A stretch of 64,000 bases of DNA from an uncultured Candidatus Saccharibacteria bacterium (GTDB lineage Bacteria > Patescibacteriota > Minisyncoccia > UBA6257 > 2-01-FULL-56-20). Positions 58,524 through 64,000 of the stretch are shown piece after piece. The translations under genes were made by a program, and so were the position numbers. The DNA is taken from assembly GCA_965231155.1 (NCBI GenBank), contig OZ246418.1:637710-701709 (forward strand), written 5' to 3'. The notes below the pieces were generated by a model, which worked only from the letters and a program-made list of their open reading frames with translations, searched no databases and had not been told where the DNA came from. Each line of letters begins with the position of its first letter. Within the stretch, counting starts at the first letter, position 1.

Positions 58524-58637
58524 ATGGGCAATGGCAGACACAATCACGTCCCAAAGGCCCGGCAGAAGCCGAGCTGGAAAGATCGAGGCAAGAGTGGCCA
58601 AAACCCTAAGAAAAAGAAAGAAAAGGCTAAGGGATAA
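58524..58637 (+). CDS. Putative 37-aa very basic small protein (not in the ORF track)
   Basis: MGNGRHNHVPKARQKPSWKDRGKSGQNPKKKKEKAKG; AGGAGG 9 nt upstream; TTGTCT-17-TATAAA promoter; downstream terminator. Confidence 0.55.
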   Translation: MGNGRHNHVPKARQKPSWKDRGKSGQNPKKKKEKAKG

Positions 58638-58714
58638 GCCTAGGCCAAAATCGAAAAGAAGATACCGCCAGAGACGTGGTGTTTGTCTGAAAACACCAAT
58701 CAAGAAGAAAAAGC

Positions 58715-58749
58715 AGGGCTAATATTCAACTTGAATTTTGGCCTTTTTT
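58715..58749 (+). terminator. Probable intrinsic terminator
   Basis: AGGGCTAATATTCA-act-TGAATTTTGGCCT followed by a T-run. Confidence 0.55.
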
Positions 58750-58862
58750 ATTAGGGGAGCGGGTTTCCGTCATCCTTATATATGTCGCACAATATACCTT
58801 TTACGACACAGACAAGGGAGATTCCTAAAGAGGTTCACGTAGTCTTTGTCTAATGAGGATTC

Positions 58863-59276
58863 TTAAACTGTTTCGTTTCCCACTGATGGGATGAGTGATA
58901 CGAGCCACTGAATAACACTGACGACTATTCCCATAGCATGAATCGCTAAGTTGATAATAAATACCAAAATATTTCCGATGACTTTGAGTAGACTCAAAAT
59001 GTCTAACCCAGTTCTTTCTTTTAACCAATCATTAGCGTTATTCCAGTAGTCTTTTGCTACCTCGGGATTTGGCAGGTCAAATTTCTGACTGGAACTTCCA
59101 CTCACATCTATTTGAGAAACGTCATTAAGAAAGTTCGAAAAAGGCTCCTGGAGTTGGTTGAGTCCAGTTTCGGTATCGATTCCTAGTTTCAAGTCCTGAT
59201 CGAGTTCTTGGGCGTGAACTATGGGAGTTAGTAGAACTATTCCCAGAAGAAGTCCAGAAAAAATTCGCCAATTCAT
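58863..59276 (-). CDS. Hypothetical exported/membrane protein
   Basis: Signal peptide ending VHA-Q; C-terminal hydrophobic/amphipathic helix; TGATATAAT 7 nt before ATG. Confidence 0.75.
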   Translation of the reverse strand: MNWRIFSGLLLGIVLLTPIVHAQELDQDLKLGIDTETGLNQLQEPFSNFLNDVSQIDVSGSSSQKFDLPNPEVAKDYWNNANDWLKERTGLDILSLLKVIGNILVFIINLAIHAMGIVVSVIQWLVSLIPSVGNETV

Positions 59277-59294
59277 TCTTCAAATTATATCACA

Positions 59295-60617
59295 CTATAG
59301 GTATTTTAATGGACTCAGATCTCCACCCTGAGGCATTGGCCCGCACGTTTTGCTTCCGCCCATCTTAAATGTTTGTTGAGCAAACACAGTGAAATGGAGA
59401 TGGGGTCCAGTAGCCCACCCAGTTGCTCCGGAATACGCTATTGTCTGTCCTTGTTTGACTGGATCACCGACACTCATTACAACTCGAGATAAATGAGCAT
59501 ATAACGTTGTGAGATTATTATTATGCTTGACCACGATAAATTTTCCGTACGCGCCACGAGGACAGTATCGATCCTGATCGCCAGTAGCTACAACTTGGCC
59601 ATCAGCAGCGGCCATTACCGGTGTTCCCACTGAACCTCCAATATCTAGACCATTATGCCATTTCCCTCGGTATGTAGATTTTGCAAAAGAGGTGTTTCCG
59701 TATCCCTGAGTGATTCTGCCCTTAGCGATTGGTAGAATAAGAATCTTCCCTACTGTCGGAAGTTTTGCGTAGTCGATCTCCCCTCTTAATTTTGCGTCCA
59801 GAGCTTCGATTTCAGCTGCAATCAATTCTTGCTGGGCATAGACCTGCTTCAGATGTTCTTGATAAATAGCTTCCTGATTTTTCGTTTCTTTAAGTAGTGT
59901 TTGTCGCTGGGCTTCTTGATTTGTCAAAATGACTTTGCGATTTTTTAAATTAAATGCTTCCGAAGTAACTTCTGCTTGTTTTATATTCAGATCCTTTAAT
60001 TTTCCACCATATTGAACATTAAGTTTTCTAAGATCCTGAATGTCAGTGGTTAGTCTGGCGTTCAGATCGATTAGATTCTTTACCTCGCCAGCAGCTTCTG
60101 ATAAAGAGTTACTTCGTAAGATAACGGTCAGCATATCGATGTTTTCTGATCGTTGCATCAGACGAATTAATTCTTCAACCCCTCGTCGTTTGTTAATAAT
60201 TTCTTCTTGAATATCCTGAATGTTATACGTCAGTGATTTTATTTCTAATCCTAATTTCTCAAGATTGACCTGATCTTTTTTAATCTGGCTAGTCAGGACT
60301 GCTTGTTGTCGTTGAAGGGTAGTCAGCTCTTTCTGTAATGAAGCCTTCTGACTGCCAGTCTGCGCTAAGGCATCTTCATTTTTTTTGATAGCGGTTTTTA
60401 TTGCTTCCAGTTCCGCATTTTTTTTACGAATTTCGAATTCTAGTTGCTGTTTAGCAATTTCCTCTGGGCTTTGTTCAACTGTGTCGCTGGGAGAAGATTC
60501 GCTCGTAGCGACCGTGCTAGTTGTGGCTATAGCCTTATGGTACCCATATACGCCGAAAAAGGTACTCGAAAGAAAAAACCACGCAAAAAGAGTTTGCAGT
60601 CTTTTATGTAATTTCAT
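59295..60617 (-). CDS. Coiled-coil + M23 peptidase (murein hydrolase, EnvC/CwlO-like architecture)
   Basis: Long coiled coil; HNGLD, YAHL, TGPHLHF Zn ligands intact. Confidence 0.93.
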   Translation of the reverse strand: MKLHKRLQTLFAWFFLSSTFFGVYGYHKAIATTSTVATSESSPSDTVEQSPEEIAKQQLEFEIRKKNAELEAIKTAIKKNEDALAQTGSQKASLQKELTTLQRQQAVLTSQIKKDQVNLEKLGLEIKSLTYNIQDIQEEIINKRRGVEELIRLMQRSENIDMLTVILRSNSLSEAAGEVKNLIDLNARLTTDIQDLRKLNVQYGGKLKDLNIKQAEVTSEAFNLKNRKVILTNQEAQRQTLLKETKNQEAIYQEHLKQVYAQQELIAAEIEALDAKLRGEIDYAKLPTVGKILILPIAKGRITQGYGNTSFAKSTYRGKWHNGLDIGGSVGTPVMAAADGQVVATGDQDRYCPRGAYGKFIVVKHNNNLTTLYAHLSRVVMSVGDPVKQGQTIAYSGATGWATGPHLHFTVFAQQTFKMGGSKTCGPMPQGGDLSPLKYL

Positions 60618-62076
60618 TGAGTTTATTGATAGCCAACTGAAGACGTTTATCCACCTCTTCTTTGGAAAGTATTTTTAGAATGTCTAGTGGATCTGGTGAG
60701 GCAGCTTTCCCTGAGAGAGCGACCCGCAAAGGCCAAAGGACTCCTCCCCTGCCCTGTTTCTCTACAAGAGGATCAATGCTTGACCCAAAAACTGCTCGAT
60801 CAAATGGTCCGGTGGATTCTTCTAGTATTGTTTTTATGTTCCGCAAAACTTCCAGAGTAGTATCTTTTGTTTGATTTTTAGGAATCAGAAGAATCGCCGA
60901 ATAGTTCTCTAATGTAAAGAAAAAATCTGTTGCTTCTATGAAGTCATTTAACGTTTTCATCCGAGGTTGTTCTAGGGCAACTAAGTTGAGAAAAATTTCT
61001 TCAGGGATATCTGTGAGTCCTTTCAGAGAGAGAAAAATTCGTAATCGGTGTGCCAAGTCTTCTATTGGTAGTTTTCGAATGTGTTGAGTATTTAACCAAA
61101 GTAATTTTTCTTCGTTAAATATAGCGCCCCCCTTCTGAACTTTCTTGAGATCGAAGAGATTAATTATCTCAGCTGGTGATAGAACTTCTTCGTTATCTTT
61201 TGGATGCCAACCAAGAAAGCTGACGAAGTTAATCAAAGCCTCGGGGAGGTATCCTTTATCTCGATATTCAATGAGTGAGGAGTTGAGATATCTTTTGGAG
61301 AGCTTTTCTCGGTTCTGTCCTAAAACTAACGGAAGGTGAGCATAGAGTGGTTCGGGAAAACCAAGCGCTTTGGCGATAAGAATCTGTTTTGGAGTATTTG
61401 ATGTATGATCTTCGCCACGAATGACGTGAGAGATTTTCATAAGATAGTCATCCACTACGACGGCAAAATGGAAAAGAGGGTTTTCGGTATTTTTTGCAAT
61501 CACGAAATCACCAAAAAGAGTGGCATCGAATTTGATACTCCCACGTATGATGTCTTTAAACTCAACCTCTACTTCCGGTGTTTTGAAGCGTATGACTTGC
61601 GGCTCTTTTTTAGAGTTTGAAGAATTACTGTTCCTGCAATGACCGCTATATTTTGGTGGGACACCACTCGCAATCATCCCCTGACGCTCAGCTTCGAGTT
61701 CTTCTTTCGTACAGTAGCAGTAGTAGGCCTTGCCTTCTTCGAGTAGTTGTTCTAAATATTTTTTATAGATACCTGTCCGTTCGCTTTGTCGGTAAGGAGC
61801 ATAAGGGCCAACTTGCTTCTCGGCGAGATTGCCACAAGAAACCGGACCCTCATCCCAGTCGATACCCAACCAGGATAATCCTTCGAAGATTCCTTCCTCG
61901 AATTTTTTCTCAGAACGTTCTTTATCGGTATCTTCTATGCGCACCACAAAACTACCGTTATATTTTCTGGCAAAAAGCCAGTTAAAAATGGCGGTTCGAG
62001 CTGTTCCCCAGTGGAATGGCCCAGTAGGGCTAGGAGCCATCCGCACTCGTGGTGGGTTTGTTTTTTCTGTAGTCAC
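60604..62076 (-). CDS. gltX: Glutamate--tRNA ligase
   Basis: RMAPSPTG, HWGT (HIGH variant), RIEDTD, YRQSER, HVIRGEDH, KLSKR. Confidence 0.97.
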   Translation of the reverse strand: MTTEKTNPPRVRMAPSPTGPFHWGTARTAIFNWLFARKYNGSFVVRIEDTDKERSEKKFEEGIFEGLSWLGIDWDEGPVSCGNLAEKQVGPYAPYRQSERTGIYKKYLEQLLEEGKAYYCYCTKEELEAERQGMIASGVPPKYSGHCRNSNSSNSKKEPQVIRFKTPEVEVEFKDIIRGSIKFDATLFGDFVIAKNTENPLFHFAVVVDDYLMKISHVIRGEDHTSNTPKQILIAKALGFPEPLYAHLPLVLGQNREKLSKRYLNSSLIEYRDKGYLPEALINFVSFLGWHPKDNEEVLSPAEIINLFDLKKVQKGGAIFNEEKLLWLNTQHIRKLPIEDLAHRLRIFLSLKGLTDIPEEIFLNLVALEQPRMKTLNDFIEATDFFFTLENYSAILLIPKNQTKDTTLEVLRNIKTILEESTGPFDRAVFGSSIDPLVEKQGRGGVLWPLRVALSGKAASPDPLDILKILSKEEVDKRLQLAINKLNEIT

Positions 62077-62122
62077 TCCCCTATTCTACCATATCAAACC
62101 AGCCCCAGAAAGCCTCTTTTTT

Positions 62123-63358
62123 CTATGATTTATTACTTATTTTCAGTATCTCCTGCGCCAGAACTTCAGCGGCATTAGGAATAAAGAAACTGGCAGATCC
62201 CTTGGACATCTCTTCTTTCCGAGCTTCATCTGCTAAGACTTCTTTTATCTGTTCGATGAAGATTCCGGGCATCAGATTAGTTTGCTCAACGACGATCGCT
62301 CCGCCACATTTAGCAAATTCATAGGCATTTAATCGTTGGTGGTCACGAGCAGATCCGGGTAAAGGAACCAGGATAGCTGGTTTTTTGAAGGCAGCAATAT
62401 CAAAAAGCGCGCCACTTCCTGCTCGACTAATCACCACATCAGCAGCGGCCAGGGCATTTTTCATGTCTTCAGTTTTTAGATAGGCCAGGAGACGGTATCT
62501 TTTTGGTAAGCCAGTCTTTGGAGATATTTCAAGAATTGCTACTCGAGAGAGTTTCTGAATTTCAGCAAAATTCGCGGTACCAGTCTGATGGATGACCTGA
62601 GCAACTGCAGTAATATCCTCAAGATTTGTCACAACGAATTCGTTTATGGGCTGAGCTCCTTGGGAGCCACCGATTATTAAAACAACTGGTTCATTAATCT
62701 CAAATCCCAAGACTTCCTTGGCTGCTTTTTGAGAAAGTACATTTTGAAGAAGTGCGGGAAGAATAGGAGTGCCAACTACCGCCGTTTTTTTCGGTGGGAA
62801 GTAGTTTTTCGCTCGATCAAAACTGAGGGCGATACGTTTGGCGAACCGTCCGGAGATAGCGTTGGTGAGTCCTGGCACCGAATCTGATTCATGAATAATG
62901 ATTGGAATACGATAAAGCCAACCAGCAAGGACTACTGGCAAAGCGCCAGTGCCACCTTTGGAAAAAATAGCGTCCGGCATGAACACGAGAAGTTTTATAA
63001 GAGCTTGAGCAAAGCCAATAAAGAAAACTGGAATATCTAGAATATTCTTGACTGAAGCATAACGGCGCCATTTTGCGCTTGCTAGAGGCGATATCTCAAC
63101 TTCGGCTGCTTTTAGTATTTCAGAATAATCATCTTCTGGACCAAGATAGCGTACGCGAAGATCGATTTTCTTTTCTGTCGTAACAACGCGCAATGCTTCA
63201 GTAACCGCAAGAAGTGGCATGACATGGCCACCACTACCACCACCAGTGAGTACTACACGAAGAATAGCTTCTGAGTTTTCTTTCGTAGAAGTTTGATCTT
63301 CTGGAGACTGGCCCGCCTTTACTGGCTCGCTATAATCAATTGTCTTAAACGTAGGCAT
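62123..63358 (-). CDS. murG: Lipid II GlcNAc transferase
   Basis: TGGGSGGHVMP, IHESD..PG, GGSQGA, SRAGSG, HQRLNA. Confidence 0.95.
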   Translation of the reverse strand: MPTFKTIDYSEPVKAGQSPEDQTSTKENSEAILRVVLTGGGSGGHVMPLLAVTEALRVVTTEKKIDLRVRYLGPEDDYSEILKAAEVEISPLASAKWRRYASVKNILDIPVFFIGFAQALIKLLVFMPDAIFSKGGTGALPVVLAGWLYRIPIIIHESDSVPGLTNAISGRFAKRIALSFDRAKNYFPPKKTAVVGTPILPALLQNVLSQKAAKEVLGFEINEPVVLIIGGSQGAQPINEFVVTNLEDITAVAQVIHQTGTANFAEIQKLSRVAILEISPKTGLPKRYRLLAYLKTEDMKNALAAADVVISRAGSGALFDIAAFKKPAILVPLPGSARDHQRLNAYEFAKCGGAIVVEQTNLMPGIFIEQIKEVLADEARKEEMSKGSASFFIPNAAEVLAQEILKISNKS

Positions 63359-63367
63359 CTTTCTAGC

Positions 63368-64000
63368 TTAGGAGTATTTTGAAATATTCGCAATGATTCC
63401 AGCCATAGTCATAAATACTGCGAGTGCGGTACCACCATAGCTAATAAATGGGAGAGGTACGCCGGTGAGAGGCACCACTCCGGAAATAGCCCCCATATGC
63501 ATAAAGGCCTGGGCACCAATAATCATTCCAAAACCAATAAGGATAAGTTGCCCGAAACGATCTCGCATATTTTTTGCCAACCAAAGGATTTTGAAAATTA
63601 AAAAGATAAATAGTATGGCAACGAGCGCACTCCCAACGAATCCTAGCTCCTGACCAATAACGGCAAAAATGGAATCAGCGATCGGGTCGGGAAGAAATTT
63701 AACCTTGGCGGTGGACTGTCCATAGCCGACTCCCCAAATTCGACCAGAACCGATCGCAATCAATGCTTGATTAAGGTGATAGCCGACACCTTTCTGATCT
63801 TCTGAATACTGAAAAAAGCCCATTACTCGCTCGAAACGATATGGAGTAATCAGTACCAGTAATGCCAAGGCCATGAGGCCTAGCGCAATCGTGCCGAGGA
63901 TGTATTTCCAGGGTGCATCACTCAGAAAGTACATAGTCAGTCCGGCACCAAGGAGAATGGCGACAGTTGAGGTGGCAGGTTGCATAATGAGAATTCCTCC
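63368..64000 (-). CDS. ftsW: SEDS protein FtsW, C-terminal part (5' end outside window)
   Basis: QALIAIGSG, LPD..ADSIFAVIGQELG, PLTGVPLPFISYGG; directly upstream of murG. Confidence 0.92.
   Translation of the reverse strand, partial: GGILIMQPATSTVAILLGAGLTMYFLSDAPWKYILGTIALGLMALALLVLITPYRFERVMGFFQYSEDQKGVGYHLNQALIAIGSGRIWGVGYGQSTAKVKFLPDPIADSIFAVIGQELGFVGSALVAILFIFLIFKILWLAKNMRDRFGQLILIGFGMIIGAQAFMHMGAISGVVPLTGVPLPFISYGGTALAVFMTMAGIIANISKYS

Noticed and set aside
58419-58722. ORF-track calls 58419-58703 (-) and 58453-58722 (+)
   Set aside because: Both use TTG starts without initiation signals and overlap promoter elements; the 37-aa ORF at 58524 has better SD, promoter and terminator support.
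59650-59659. Third copy of the hairpin apex (CCATTATGCC)
   Set aside because: Only 10 nt, inside the WHNG codons of the M23 gene, with no flanking stem.
1-64000. Alternative genetic code (UGA=Gly as in Gracilibacteria/Absconditabacteria)
   Set aside because: Conserved genes and a 3198-aa ORF are full length in code 11, and TGA ends genes at sensible positions (e.g. 15295, 46591, 48639).

Overview
64 kb of a compact, moderate-GC bacterial chromosome read in the standard code (table 11). Gene content and style suggest Patescibacteria/CPR, most likely Parcubacteria (inference): near-leaderless genes, a trigger factor without its PPIase domain, a cluster-less MutY-like glycosylase, bL9 present, and many very large Ser/Thr-rich exported proteins. 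Housekeeping blocks are typA, xseAB, tsaC, pyk, tgt, rsmE, queA, tig, engB, fmt, def, ctpA, rplI, rpmA, murC, gltX, murG and ftsW. About half the window encodes cell-surface proteins. These include a 3198-aa WD40/FN3 giant followed by a MacB-type ABC pair whose ATPase carries a winged-helix domain, and a seven-gene cluster (39.7-52.3 kb) that looks like a WxL/Csc-like surface complex coupled to a dockerin and two cohesins. The most striking non-coding signal is a ~0.3 kb GIY-YIG nuclease cassette between an intact tRNA-Gln(UUG) and a duplicated, hairpin-interrupted 5' fragment of the same tRNA. Other observations are two related intergenic hairpins with a shared apex, a pervasive x-[ST]-[ST]-[ST] motif in exported proteins, DnaA-box-like 9-mers at surface-gene promoters, GC-rich orphan genes, a Ni-SOD pair, and two small ORFs below the ORF-track cut-off. 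All family assignments come from motif recognition by eye; no database search was run. No CRISPR array, rRNA, transposase or integrase was seen.
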